From IMG/VR virus record IMGVR_UViG_3300034111_001103, positions 1 through 64,000 of that record: a stretch of 64,000 nt of DNA; one strand, written 5' to 3'. The position numbers and the translations under genes are program-made. The notes below the pieces were generated by a model. That model saw only the letters and a list, made by a program, of their open reading frames with translations, made no database searches and was not told the origin of the DNA. Within the stretch, counting starts at the first letter, position 1. The number at the start of each line of letters is the position of its first letter. Positions 28,480-37,766 of this stretch are shown here, piece by piece. Origin of the DNA: a virus.

Positions 28480-28532
28480 CGTACAACTAGTAGATTGTAG
28501 AAATTAATTGTACAATAAAACATTAATTATCA

Positions 28533-28751
28533 ATGCAAATTTATACAAAATGGATAGCTTATGATGGATTAGTAGGAGTAACTGAAATTTACGAATACTA
28601 TGATTTAACAACTTGCAAAAGATTAATTAAAGAAGTGCATCAAGGCTCAATTTACTATAGAGAAAATGGAAGTAAAAAAAGGTATTCTTTTAACAAAATA
28701 AATAAAACTAAGAAATTAGAAAAAATTGAAATTATTAATTTACCATTTTAA
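28533..28751 (+). CDS. Hypothetical protein
   Basis: ORF in operon. Confidence 0.55.
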   Translation: MQIYTKWIAYDGLVGVTEIYEYYDLTTCKRLIKEVHQGSIYYRENGSKKRYSFNKINKTKKLEKIEIINLPF

Positions 28752-28762
28752 AATAAATAAAA

Positions 28763-29059
28763 ATGAAACTATCAAAACCAACAACTGCACTAACAGAGGT
28801 GCTTTATGAACTGCTCACAAAGAAAAGTATAAGCAATGCAGATTTGCCTTATATGTGGGGTTTCCGTTCAAGAATAAGCAATTTAACTACTAAGTATGGT
28901 ATTCAGTTAAATTCTACTATGATAACTGCTAAAAATAAGCATGGTAGAGCTTATTCATACGTACAACATCAGTTAATGAAAAGAAAAGATGCTTTAAAAA
29001 CCTATAATAAACTTATAGGAAATGAAAAAAAAGAAATTATCAAATATTTTAAAAAATAA
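28763..29059 (+). CDS. Winged-HTH protein
   Basis: GFRSRISNL..KYGI...KNKHGR pattern. Confidence 0.55.
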   Translation: MKLSKPTTALTEVLYELLTKKSISNADLPYMWGFRSRISNLTTKYGIQLNSTMITAKNKHGRAYSYVQHQLMKRKDALKTYNKLIGNEKKEIIKYFKK

Positions 29060-29124
29060 CCGATAGGGTATAAAATCGTACTAAATCATATAATTAACAC
29101 CCTTTAGGGTACAAACTAAAACAA

Positions 29125-29775
29125 ATGAAACAAGAAAATTACTCACAAGTTAAAATGATAGGAGAATGGCTTATCAGAGGTCGCAAGAATGGACAAGAAT
29201 ATAATATAGACCATTTTATAAATGATGTACACTTAGTATTCAATAATAAATTAAGTCCAGATATACTAGTTTTTGAACAACATATAGACTATCTTATACA
29301 TCTATGTTGTATTGAATTTAATTGCACTATTGATGAAATAAAAGGCAAAACAAGATTAAGACACATAGTATTAGCTAGACATATTGCAATGTATATACTA
29401 AAAATGAATAGAGCAGGAACGCTTTATGCTATTGGTAAAATGTTTGGAATGCGTGACCACTCGACTGTTATTCATGCTTGTAATCAAATAGAAGTATTAT
29501 TAGACTTAAAAGATACTGGGTACTTGCATTATTTGAATATCTTAGAAAAATTCAATGCTTATATAGGAGAAGAACAAATACAAGTAGATGAGAATACTGA
29601 AATACAAAAACCTGTTGTAGCGTTCCCTATTGATAATTTAAAGTATGATATTATGGATAAAATTCAGTACATCGAAAATTTAAATACAAAGGATGTTGAA
29701 ATAAAAAGAATGACTGGTGTTGAAAAATCTACCTATGAAAATGTACTTGAAATGATTAAAAATAATGAACAATAG
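29125..29775 (+). CDS. DnaA C-terminal HTH domain protein
   Basis: RLRHIVLARHIAMY...IGKMFGMRDHSTVIHA. Confidence 0.85.
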   Translation: MKQENYSQVKMIGEWLIRGRKNGQEYNIDHFINDVHLVFNNKLSPDILVFEQHIDYLIHLCCIEFNCTIDEIKGKTRLRHIVLARHIAMYILKMNRAGTLYAIGKMFGMRDHSTVIHACNQIEVLLDLKDTGYLHYLNILEKFNAYIGEEQIQVDENTEIQKPVVAFPIDNLKYDIMDKIQYIENLNTKDVEIKRMTGVEKSTYENVLEMIKNNEQ

Positions 29776-30028
29776 GCAACTATACTACCAAGCTAATAAA
29801 GAACAAATAAAAGCAAAGCAAAAGGAATGGAGAGCTAAAAATCCAGACTTAGTATATGCTAGTAAAGTTCATTTTAGAGCTAAGTATCAAAAAGAATTGC
29901 ACGATATTTACATTAAGGAAGTGCTAGTGAATAGAAAAGGATACAAACGCTCTGAAATAACTCCAGAACTTATCGAAATTCAAAGAAATATTATAAAACT
30001 AAGTAGATATGCTAAACGAACTAAATAA
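29765..30028 (+). CDS. Hypothetical basic protein
   Basis: YYQANKEQIKAKQKEWRAKN repeat-like motif. Confidence 0.55.
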   Translation: MNNRQLYYQANKEQIKAKQKEWRAKNPDLVYASKVHFRAKYQKELHDIYIKEVLVNRKGYKRSEITPELIEIQRNIIKLSRYAKRTK

Positions 30029-30212
30029 AGCCTTATTAGGGCAAATAAAGAAAATTGAATCTGAAAAGAATTTAGATACAGAGGTGTTAAAATCAAAAGA
30101 AATTTGTAGGTTGAGCAATCAAGTTATAAATTTGCATAAGTTAAATTTAGAAGCGCAAAAGCTGGAAAATTTGGGAGATGTGAAAGTATTGCATGAATTT
30201 TTTAAAAAGTAA
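30009..30212 (+). CDS. Hypothetical helical phage protein
   Basis: Overlapping ORF in operon. Confidence 0.55.
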   Translation: MLNELNKALLGQIKKIESEKNLDTEVLKSKEICRLSNQVINLHKLNLEAQKLENLGDVKVLHEFFKK

Positions 30213-30475
30213 ATTCGTGATTCGCGAATTGCGAATTGTAGGATAAAATACTCATAGATAGGTTATAAATTCTACAATGATGCTTAATATCTACATAAAG
30301 GTAAATATAGTAAGTAATAATCAACAAATTTCTAAAAAATAAAATGAAACAACTATATAATTACATCATCACAAAAATAGCTTTTTACTTATATGCAGGA
30401 AAAGACAATAAAAAACTAACTGCCGAAAGTTTTGCAAAGGCTATTAAATTCTGCGAAAAACATCAAAAATAAAAT

Positions 30476-30877
30476 ATGCAAATAAATAATATTAAAAAAG
30501 AAGATGTAAAAAAGATATATAGTGATGCTATCTTAAATTCTTATAGTCATCATATAGATATATTCGACCCCAAAAAACACTACAACAGAAGTCCATCAGA
30601 TATAGGATTTAAAGAATTTTTAGATATGTTTTCAAAAGAAAAATTTAAACATATAACAATAATATACAGAGAAGCTAGAACCGATTGGGAGTATGAGCAT
30701 TGGGAGTTTGGTCTGTGTAATACTAGTGTCTATCTAAACATCAAAGTATCCTTAAAACAAGCTGAATTAATTTTTAAAAAATACAATTTAACATACCCAA
30801 AATGCAAGTGCAATATATCTAATACTGAATTTGTACAAATGTGTGATAAGTGCATAGATACTATTAAGCTAGGTTAA
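30476..30877 (+). CDS. Hypothetical protein with C-terminal CxC...CxxC
   Basis: ORF 133 aa. Confidence 0.55.
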   Translation: MQINNIKKEDVKKIYSDAILNSYSHHIDIFDPKKHYNRSPSDIGFKEFLDMFSKEKFKHITIIYREARTDWEYEHWEFGLCNTSVYLNIKVSLKQAELIFKKYNLTYPKCKCNISNTEFVQMCDKCIDTIKLG

Positions 30878-30912
30878 GATATAGTAATAAATATCTTTTC
30901 AGTTTTACTAAT

Positions 30913-31434
30913 TTATATTTTTTTGCTTTCCATTCCAGTAACACTACACCAGCTATAACCTCTTTTTATATCTGATATAGTAGGAATAGATATATTATAT
31001 TTTTTAGCAATTATACTATATTTTGAATTATCTTTAAATATTTCCAACACTTTGTTATTCGTTAATTTAGATTGACTATTTTTTTCTCCTTTTGCTGACC
31101 TAAGTCCTATTTTTATAGCATGTTTTTGATTTTCACTTTGAGTATTCCATTCTAAATTTTCAAGTCTATTATCACTCTTTAATCCGTTAATATGGTTTAC
31201 TTGTGGCTTTGATGATTTATTATCTATAAATGTATTAGCAATCAATCTATGCACTAAAAATCGTTTAACTTTTTTATCTTTTACCAAATCAACAGCATAA
31301 TAACCAAAAGTTACTTTTATAGGTTTTAATATCCTAGTGCCTTTTCTTGTTTTTTTAGGTAAACTAATAATATCTCCATTTGAACATGCTGAATATAATC
31401 CCTCATATCCAGTAATTTGTTTAAAAATATTCAT
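30913..31434 (-). CDS. NUMOD4-HNH homing endonuclease
   Basis: FKQITGYEGLYSACSNGDI, VHRLIA, VNHINGLKSDNRLENLEW. Confidence 0.92.
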   Translation of the reverse strand: MNIFKQITGYEGLYSACSNGDIISLPKKTRKGTRILKPIKVTFGYYAVDLVKDKKVKRFLVHRLIANTFIDNKSSKPQVNHINGLKSDNRLENLEWNTQSENQKHAIKIGLRSAKGEKNSQSKLTNNKVLEIFKDNSKYSIIAKKYNISIPTISDIKRGYSWCSVTGMESKKI

Positions 31435-31489
31435 TTTATTTTACTTGATTACGACCACAAATATAATAAATTAAATATTAATATATAGA

Positions 31490-31909
31490 TTATTTTATCC
31501 TTAATACTTGCTTTCTGTTTTTGCCATGATTATAACTTATATGTACCCATTCAGGACCACTATTATCCCCATATTCAAAAATTAGTTGGTCAAATTCTAA
31601 ATTATCCTTAGCAAAATCAAATAATTTTTTATTTTCAATCTTACTTCCAGCATCAATATCAATAGCTTGACCTTTCAAATGTTGCGAATTTTTAGCACCG
31701 CCTACTTTTCTATTTAATTCTAAAGACCTAAAAAAACTACTAACTCTTAATGGTTTGCCATAAAATTCTCTAATTGGGTCGAAACATTTAGTACCAACTA
31801 TTTTCATATTTCGTAACTGCTCATCATTAGGCTCGTTTTTAATTCCGTGTCTTATTGCCGTTTGGCTTTTAGTTGCTTCGTTGTATGATATATATTTAGA
31901 TATTTGCAT
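31490..31909 (-). CDS. Endolysin, peptidase M15A family
   Basis: SFFRS..LN..VGG..SQHLKGQAIDI...WVHISY. Confidence 0.9.
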   Translation of the reverse strand: MQISKYISYNEATKSQTAIRHGIKNEPNDEQLRNMKIVGTKCFDPIREFYGKPLRVSSFFRSLELNRKVGGAKNSQHLKGQAIDIDAGSKIENKKLFDFAKDNLEFDQLIFEYGDNSGPEWVHISYNHGKNRKQVLRIK

Positions 31910-31948
31910 TTGATTTTATTTTGTAACAAATTTAGCACATATTTGTTA

Positions 31949-32104
31949 CTAATTTTTAATATTTTTCAATTCTAGTAGGCATTTTTCTAAGTTTAATTTA
32001 GAACGCTCCATAGCTTCATAGTCATTCTTTTCTTCAAACATTGCTATTAATTGCTTATAGGTTGCAATATCCTTTTCAATTTCTTTTTTAGTTCTTTTTT
32101 TCAT
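31949..32104 (-). CDS. Small hypothetical protein (51 aa)
   Basis: MKKRTKKEIEK...; packed between neighbours; not in ORF track. Confidence 0.45.
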   Translation of the reverse strand: MKKRTKKEIEKDIATYKQLIAMFEEKNDYEAMERSKLNLEKCLLELKNIKN

Positions 32105-32107
32105 ATT

Positions 32108-32302
32108 TTACTTCATTCCAAACATATTCTTTAAATTCTCAAGTACATCATCATCATTTATTCCCTCATTTATTCCCCCATTTATTTTGATAATGTTTAT
32201 CTTGTTTTTCAATTTATTGATAGCGTCATTTTTGCTTTCAGCTTCTACTTCGTACTTCATCTTTTTGCCAAAAATTTCAAAGTAAATTTTATATGTTTTC
32301 AT
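32108..32302 (-). CDS. Hypothetical protein
   Basis: ORF in operon. Confidence 0.55.
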   Translation of the reverse strand: MKTYKIYFEIFGKKMKYEVEAESKNDAINKLKNKINIIKINGGINEGINDDDVLENLKNMFGMK

Positions 32303-32312
32303 TTTATATAAT

Positions 32313-32546
32313 TTAAGCGTAAATACTACCGATTATTTCTATTTTGCTCATTACTTTGCTATCTTCTACTATTATTTTATTCATAACCTCATCTATTCCA
32401 TATTCGCTCCATAAGTAGTGATACAAGTACTTTATAAATTCAATACTGCATTGACTATTATTCAAATTCAAATAAATACTATCGTATGAATCATAAATAG
32501 TGCTTATTCCGTTAAATAATTCAACTGAATCTACTTGGTTAAGCAT
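32313..32546 (-). CDS. Hypothetical protein (start uncertain)
   Basis: Start moved to MLNQVD; upstream part overlaps divergent promoter region. Confidence 0.4.
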   Translation of the reverse strand: MLNQVDSVELFNGISTIYDSYDSIYLNLNNSQCSIEFIKYLYHYLWSEYGIDEVMNKIIVEDSKVMSKIEIIGSIYA

Positions 32547-32712
32547 CCCAGTTTTGAAGTATTTTATTTTTATAATTTTCACAAAGCAAATATAAATATT
32601 AATTATTATATTTACACGTTCATTTTTATTGTTTTGGTTTGGGGAGTATTTATACTCCCTATTTTGTTTTTCGCAAATAATGTTTATATTTGCGAAACCA
32701 ATAGTCAAAAAA

Positions 32713-33687
32713 ATGACAAAAACAGATATATGTAGAACTTATTTAAAGAAATTTCCAAATTTTCCAAACGCTAAATTGGCGAGGATAATAGTCAAAGATA
32801 ATCCGTTAATGTTTGATAGCATAGAAGCTACTAGAAGCATAATTAGAGGAATAACAGGCAATATGGGTAAGCGAGTTGTAAAAATAGATGCTGAAAATAA
32901 AACTCCACCAAAACCAATGAATCCATATAAACTTCCTGCATCCGATGAAACAAGTTTTACTCCATTTGTTATTAAAGCTAGTAAAGTATTAGTACTTTCT
33001 GATATTCACATACCTTATCATTCCATTAGTGCATTAACTGCCGTATTTGACTACACAAAGAAAATGAAAATAGATGCTATTTTACTTAATGGTGATGTAC
33101 TAGATTTCTTTGGATTAAGTCGATATTGCAAAGACCCAAAGAAAAGAAATTTTGCAGAGGAATTGAAATCTTTTGAAGAATTTATGGATATACTTAACAA
33201 TATCTATAAATGCAAAATTTATTTGAAAATTGGAAACCATGAAGAAAGATATAATCACTTCCTTTGGCAAAAGGCAGGTGAGATAGCAGATGTAGAGGAA
33301 TTTCAACTTGAAGAAATAATTAAAAAACGTGCTAAAAATGTAACTATAATTGGTGAAAAAAGAATTATCAAATTAGGACATTTAAACGTATTGCATGGAC
33401 ATGAATTTGCAGGAGGTGTATTTAGTCCAGTAAACATTGCAAGGGGTTTATTTTTAAAAGCTAAGGTATCAGCTATGCAAGGGCATAACCACCAAACAAG
33501 TGAACATTCAGAAAGTAATTTGGAGGGCAAATTGACTACAACATTTAGTTTAGGATGTTTATGTGAATTGAATCCTGAATATATGCCTATAAACAAATGG
33601 AATCACGGCTTTGCAATAGTAGATATAGATGCTAAAGGCAATTTTGAAGTTCAAAACAAAAGAATATTAAAAGGTAAAGTACTATAA
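32713..33687 (+). CDS. Calcineurin-like metallophosphoesterase
   Basis: SDIHIP, NGDVLD, GNHE, HGHE, GHNH; start moved to MTKTD after promoter. Confidence 0.9.
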   Translation: MTKTDICRTYLKKFPNFPNAKLARIIVKDNPLMFDSIEATRSIIRGITGNMGKRVVKIDAENKTPPKPMNPYKLPASDETSFTPFVIKASKVLVLSDIHIPYHSISALTAVFDYTKKMKIDAILLNGDVLDFFGLSRYCKDPKKRNFAEELKSFEEFMDILNNIYKCKIYLKIGNHEERYNHFLWQKAGEIADVEEFQLEEIIKKRAKNVTIIGEKRIIKLGHLNVLHGHEFAGGVFSPVNIARGLFLKAKVSAMQGHNHQTSEHSESNLEGKLTTTFSLGCLCELNPEYMPINKWNHGFAIVDIDAKGNFEVQNKRILKGKVL

Positions 33688-34019
33688 TGATACTATCATT
33701 AATAATATTATCTATTTGGGTTTTAGGGCTAACTTACTTTATATTTACTAGAAAATATCAAGATGACGAGGTTATTGACGAAGAGTTGGAAGAAGATATA
33801 GAGTTTGAATTTGAAGCTCCTACTAGAGCTGAAAATATGCAAGTAATATCTTTGGCACATGAATTATTTGAGCAAAGCGACCCTATGATTAAAAGCCAAC
33901 AAGCTACTAAGGAGCGCACAATTAAGAAGTGTAAAAAGATTGCAAAAAGGTATGTAGATGAGATTTATGATGAAACTTTTTATGTAGAAAAAACAGAAGA
34001 AAATGGAACAGAAAGCTAA
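33687..34019 (+). CDS. Membrane-anchored acidic protein
   Basis: N-terminal TM helix. Confidence 0.55.
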   Translation: MILSLIILSIWVLGLTYFIFTRKYQDDEVIDEELEEDIEFEFEAPTRAENMQVISLAHELFEQSDPMIKSQQATKERTIKKCKKIAKRYVDEIYDETFYVEKTEENGTES

Positions 34020-34365
34020 AACAAAAGAAAAAGAATTAATTGCTTTTAGGAAGCATAAATTATTCGCAGGTAGGATAATTTCATTTTCAAAGAGTGGATA
34101 TAGAAAAGCATACCCAAACAATGAAATAATATTTAACTCATTTATTTACACTCCTAAAGGTAGAGTAGTGTGGTATGGCGATATTGATTTAACTACAAGT
34201 TGGAAGCAAGTATGGAAAGCTATGCAAGATTTAGGACTTAAAGAATTGCACATACAGTATGAAAATAGCGAATATCAAAAAGAAGCATCAATGTATATAA
34301 TACGTGATAATAAATTATTTAGATACGTACGAGTAGCAAGTAATTTTACATATAGAATATTTTAA
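34003..34365 (+). CDS. Hypothetical protein
   Basis: GRIISFSKSGYR...WYGDIDLT. Confidence 0.6.
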   Translation: MEQKAKTKEKELIAFRKHKLFAGRIISFSKSGYRKAYPNNEIIFNSFIYTPKGRVVWYGDIDLTTSWKQVWKAMQDLGLKELHIQYENSEYQKEASMYIIRDNKLFRYVRVASNFTYRIF

Positions 34366-34460
34366 TTTTGATTTAAGAATATTTGTATATATTTGCAATA
34401 TTATTCACCAGTTTTTGGGTAATTCTGTGGATTTTCATTTTATTGTTTGGTTTAAAGGTG

Positions 34461-34715
34461 CTAATAATTAGCACCTTTTTTATTTTTCAAAGATTGATTA
34501 AAGTCTTTATCATTGTGTGCCTTATCATGGCATATTCTACATAGTGCAATTAAATTACTATGATGGTCTTGCTCATCTTTTTTATTCTTACCAAACTTAC
34601 TTCTAAATTCTATGTGGTGTATATCAACTGCCTTGCATCCGCAGACCTCACAGGCTATAAATTCAAATCCAGTATATCCATGATGACTAAGATAATTTTT
34701 GATATGTTTTTGCAT
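34461..34715 (-). CDS. Small HNH endonuclease
   Basis: CEVC...DIHHI...NLIALCRICH. Confidence 0.85.
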   Translation of the reverse strand: MQKHIKNYLSHHGYTGFEFIACEVCGCKAVDIHHIEFRSKFGKNKKDEQDHHSNLIALCRICHDKAHNDKDFNQSLKNKKGANY

Positions 34716-35019
34716 TAATTTCTATAAATTCTTTTCCTATGTTTACAATTTCTTTTGTTAAAATTAATTCAAAAATATCTCTATCATTGAATTTATATTT
34801 TTTCTGCATTATATCAATTACTAATTTAGTAGGATTATCAATATCACTCAATGGACTGCTAAACCCATAATGAATAGACAAGCTAATAGGTGCTTCTGGT
34901 ATCTTAAATTTAGGCAACAATAACAACATATCACGCTCAAATTTTAAATATTCTTTTGTCTTAAACCTCTTGCCCTGCCATGCTTTATTCACCGATAATG
35001 GCACTATATTTATTCTCAT
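34687..35019 (-). CDS. rusA: RusA-like Holliday junction resolvase
   Basis: PLSVN...SDIDNPTK...FNDRDI. Confidence 0.85.
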   Translation of the reverse strand: MRINIVPLSVNKAWQGKRFKTKEYLKFERDMLLLLPKFKIPEAPISLSIHYGFSSPLSDIDNPTKLVIDIMQKKYKFNDRDIFELILTKEIVNIGKEFIEINAKTYQKLS

Positions 35020-35137
35020 TTTACAAATTTACTATAAAATTATCACTTTTTATGCAATTTTTTCTATTTGATAATCAATACTTTATAAAAATAATGCTTT
35101 TTTATTTGCATTTTTGTACAAATAAATTTGCATAGTT

Positions 35138-35160
35138 GTAAAAAGGTTGTATATTTGCAT
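35138..35160 (+). promoter_or_regulatory. Bacteroidota-type promoter, copy 2
   Basis: GTAAAAAGGTTGTATATTTGCAT; 22/23 match to 21647-21669. Confidence 0.7.
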
Positions 35161-35186
35161 CATTAATTAAACAAACAAAATAAAAA

Positions 35187-35483
35187 ATGAATAATCAATT
35201 AGCAAACAAAAAAATAACAATGGCAACTCTTAAATCTTTTATTAAAAAAAGTAACAATTTATTTGTTGAAGAATTAAGCAGTTTTGATGGTATGATAGAT
35301 GGTATTTCAATGAATCATGATAGAAGATTAATAGAGGTTAGTAAAGAAAAAGCAATAGGACATGATGGCGTTTGGTGTGTTGGTCAATCAAGAGATTACT
35401 TTACTTATGTAGAAAATGAAAACTATTTTGGTATTGAAGTATATAATTGTTGTGGCAATTCTGTATTATGGACAAAAAAATAA
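35187..35483 (+). CDS. Hypothetical early protein
   Basis: First ORF after promoter. Confidence 0.6.
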   Translation: MNNQLANKKITMATLKSFIKKSNNLFVEELSSFDGMIDGISMNHDRRLIEVSKEKAIGHDGVWCVGQSRDYFTYVENENYFGIEVYNCCGNSVLWTKK

Positions 35484-35489
35484 CAAAAA

Positions 35490-35518
35490 AAGTGGTGTAT
35501 TATAATAATGCACCACTT
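35490..35518. terminator. Intergenic hairpin/terminator
   Basis: AAGTGGTGTATTA / TAATGCACCACTT, preceded by an A-run. Confidence 0.5.
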
Positions 35519-35548
35519 AAATTTTAATAATTAAATAAAAAATAAAAA

Positions 35549-35767
35549 ATGAAAAATTCAATAAGTATATCAGATTTTAATTTAAAAAGAGTAGGTTATG
35601 GACAATATAATGTAACATATATTAGTCCAAATACAGGCAAAGAATACACATCAAGAACCACAGACAGTAGTTTAATAGACGCTACATTTAATTCAGATAG
35701 TGCGAAAATAAAAGACTTAAATTTATTAAAAAAGATAGCAAAATATAGTTGCACACATAATTGGTAA
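35549..35767 (+). CDS. Hypothetical early protein
   Basis: ORF with A-rich leader. Confidence 0.6.
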   Translation: MKNSISISDFNLKRVGYGQYNVTYISPNTGKEYTSRTTDSSLIDATFNSDSAKIKDLNLLKKIAKYSCTHNW

Positions 35768-35812
35768 TACTCACACTTAAATTTCAATAATTAAACAAAC
35801 AAAACAAAAAAA

Positions 35813-36454
35813 ATGAATACTTACACTAAATATTGCCCAAATGTATGGGTTGCAAAATGCACACAAAAACATCAAAAAGATGATATAATTATATTAACAA
35901 CAAAATATGGTAAAGAAAATGAGTGTTATGTGCATAATCTTTTATTTGAAAAAGATGGTTTTTTTTATTATTCAATTACTAGAGTAGATGGTTTAAACTC
36001 TCAAGAAAGAGCAAAACAAAAAGCAAAAAAATTACAAAATTGGGCTAATAATGCAGAAAAAAGAAGTACATCATATTGGGAAGCATCACAAGAAGGCAAA
36101 GATTTTTTAGTATTAGCTGAACCTATAAAAATAGGACATCACAGCGAAAAAAAACATAGGTCTTTAATCGAACGTAACCATAATCGAATGAAAAAGTGTG
36201 TAGAAGAAAGTAATAAGTCAAAAGAATACGAATCAAGAGCAGAATATTGGGCAAAACTCGAAAATAAAATAGATTTATCAATGCCAGAAAGTTTAGAATA
36301 TTTAGAATATAAACTAGAAAATGCTATCGAAAAACACGCAGAATATAAAAATGGCAAACGTAATCAAGAGCATTCTTTTTCAATTACTTACGCAAAAAAA
36401 GAAGTAAATGAATTAACAAAGAAACTTGAAATAGCTAAAAAACTTTGGTTATAA
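35813..36454 (+). CDS. DUF3560-like protein
   Basis: EPIKIGHHSEKKHR motif. Confidence 0.75.
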   Translation: MNTYTKYCPNVWVAKCTQKHQKDDIIILTTKYGKENECYVHNLLFEKDGFFYYSITRVDGLNSQERAKQKAKKLQNWANNAEKRSTSYWEASQEGKDFLVLAEPIKIGHHSEKKHRSLIERNHNRMKKCVEESNKSKEYESRAEYWAKLENKIDLSMPESLEYLEYKLENAIEKHAEYKNGKRNQEHSFSITYAKKEVNELTKKLEIAKKLWL

Positions 36455-36505
36455 ATTTTAATAATTAAATAAAATTAATTATATTTGCATTAAAATAAAA
36501 TTACA

Positions 36506-36721
36506 ATGATAAGAAAAGAATTAAGTAAACTAGACAAACAAAAATTAGCAATATTTGTTCACATGAGGAATAAATTAAAGCTAGGTAATACTTTAAAACG
36601 TAAAGGTATAAGCATCTACAAACAAAATCAAATAGTTGAAACTGGATTGTGTGATGATATAGAATTAAATATTATTAATGATGTGTGGGAAACTGTACAA
36701 CATCCAGAAGGAGTAGAATAA
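36506..36721 (+). CDS. Small hypothetical (possible HTH) protein
   Basis: Follows TATATTTG promoter near 36480. Confidence 0.5.
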   Translation: MIRKELSKLDKQKLAIFVHMRNKLKLGNTLKRKGISIYKQNQIVETGLCDDIELNIINDVWETVQHPEGVE

Positions 36722-37005
36722 TGAATAAGTTTGTACAAATCGAGTATGATGCAGTCGAGGAATTGCTTACATACTACCTAAATACAGAGGATAGTGAACA
36801 AGAAAGTTTCTATATAAGTAAACAAGAAATTATCTATGAACTTGGATATGAGCAAAGAAATGGATTTGATGAAATTGAGTTTACGGATGGTTCAGTAATT
36901 GATAAATTCAATGGTGAACACTCACAAGATGAATGTTGGCAGATACTATCTGAATATGAGCCTACTGATGAAGAATTATATAAAATAATCGAAATAAAAC
37001 ACTAA
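36721..37005 (+). CDS. Acidic hypothetical protein
   Basis: Start moved to ATG 36721 (TAATG coupling). Confidence 0.55.
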   Translation: MNKFVQIEYDAVEELLTYYLNTEDSEQESFYISKQEIIYELGYEQRNGFDEIEFTDGSVIDKFNGEHSQDECWQILSEYEPTDEELYKIIEIKH

Positions 37006-37009
37006 ACAA

Positions 37010-37450
37010 ATGAATGAACTAGAACAATTAACAGAAGAAATCAAAAAAGAACTTCCTAGATTAATGGAGCTTACTGATGGATGTATAATTAAAACACCTC
37101 ATTGGAATATTTTTATTCAAATGTATGAAAAAAATAAATATGACGATTATTATATTTTTGGTTCATCTATTTTTAATGACAACTATGATAAGATTTGTAG
37201 TGTTGCAAACATATACAAAGAATTTAGCAAAGAAACTTCTATAATAGGACACCCAATATTACTAAGTGATGTTTTGGAGTGGTTAAAAGGAATTAATACA
37301 GAAATACATTCAATAAATAAATATGGGCTTTTTCATGATAGAAATTGGAATGGTGCTAAAGATTTAAAGTGCGCTTGGGATTTATCCAAACCATATTTAA
37401 AAGACCAATCACAAGAACTTATTGATTATTTACATTCATTAATTAAATAA
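37010..37450 (+). CDS. Hypothetical protein
   Basis: ORF in operon. Confidence 0.6.
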   Translation: MNELEQLTEEIKKELPRLMELTDGCIIKTPHWNIFIQMYEKNKYDDYYIFGSSIFNDNYDKICSVANIYKEFSKETSIIGHPILLSDVLEWLKGINTEIHSINKYGLFHDRNWNGAKDLKCAWDLSKPYLKDQSQELIDYLHSLIK

Positions 37451-37452
37451 AT

Positions 37453-37635
37453 ATGAACGAACTATTAGATTTATTAATCCAATATGCTAAGTTGCAAAAA
37501 GGATATGAGGACATGGCTGAAAATGCAAAAAGAATGGAGCAATGGGAGTTTTACGATGAACATATAGCTTCATCTATTGCTCTAAAAGAAAAGGTAGAAA
37601 ATATTAAACAAGAAATTCTAAGACTAATACCATGA
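37453..37635 (+). CDS. Hypothetical protein
   Basis: ORF in operon. Confidence 0.5.
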   Translation: MNELLDLLIQYAKLQKGYEDMAENAKRMEQWEFYDEHIASSIALKEKVENIKQEILRLIP

Positions 37636-37766
37636 AGCAAACAATTAACTTACTAATAGACTTTATAAAGTCTTTAGATTTATACAAAGTATTTATTTAT
37701 AGTGCATTTACAATATGTGCATTAATAGTGGCATATCAATTATTTAATTAAACAAACAAAAACAAA

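Larger units (their letters stand above)
26644..28487 (+). mobile_element. Integron-like cassette array (4 attC-like hairpins, 4 cassettes, no integrase)
   Basis: See individual sites; each cassette starts GTT... and ends with its own reverse complement ...AAC. Confidence 0.75.

Noticed and set aside
26644-28487. CRISPR array or simple terminators as the explanation for the hairpins
   Set aside because: No identical direct repeats or uniform spacers, and no cas genes; loops are ~65-80 nt without U-tails, and ORFs run through them.
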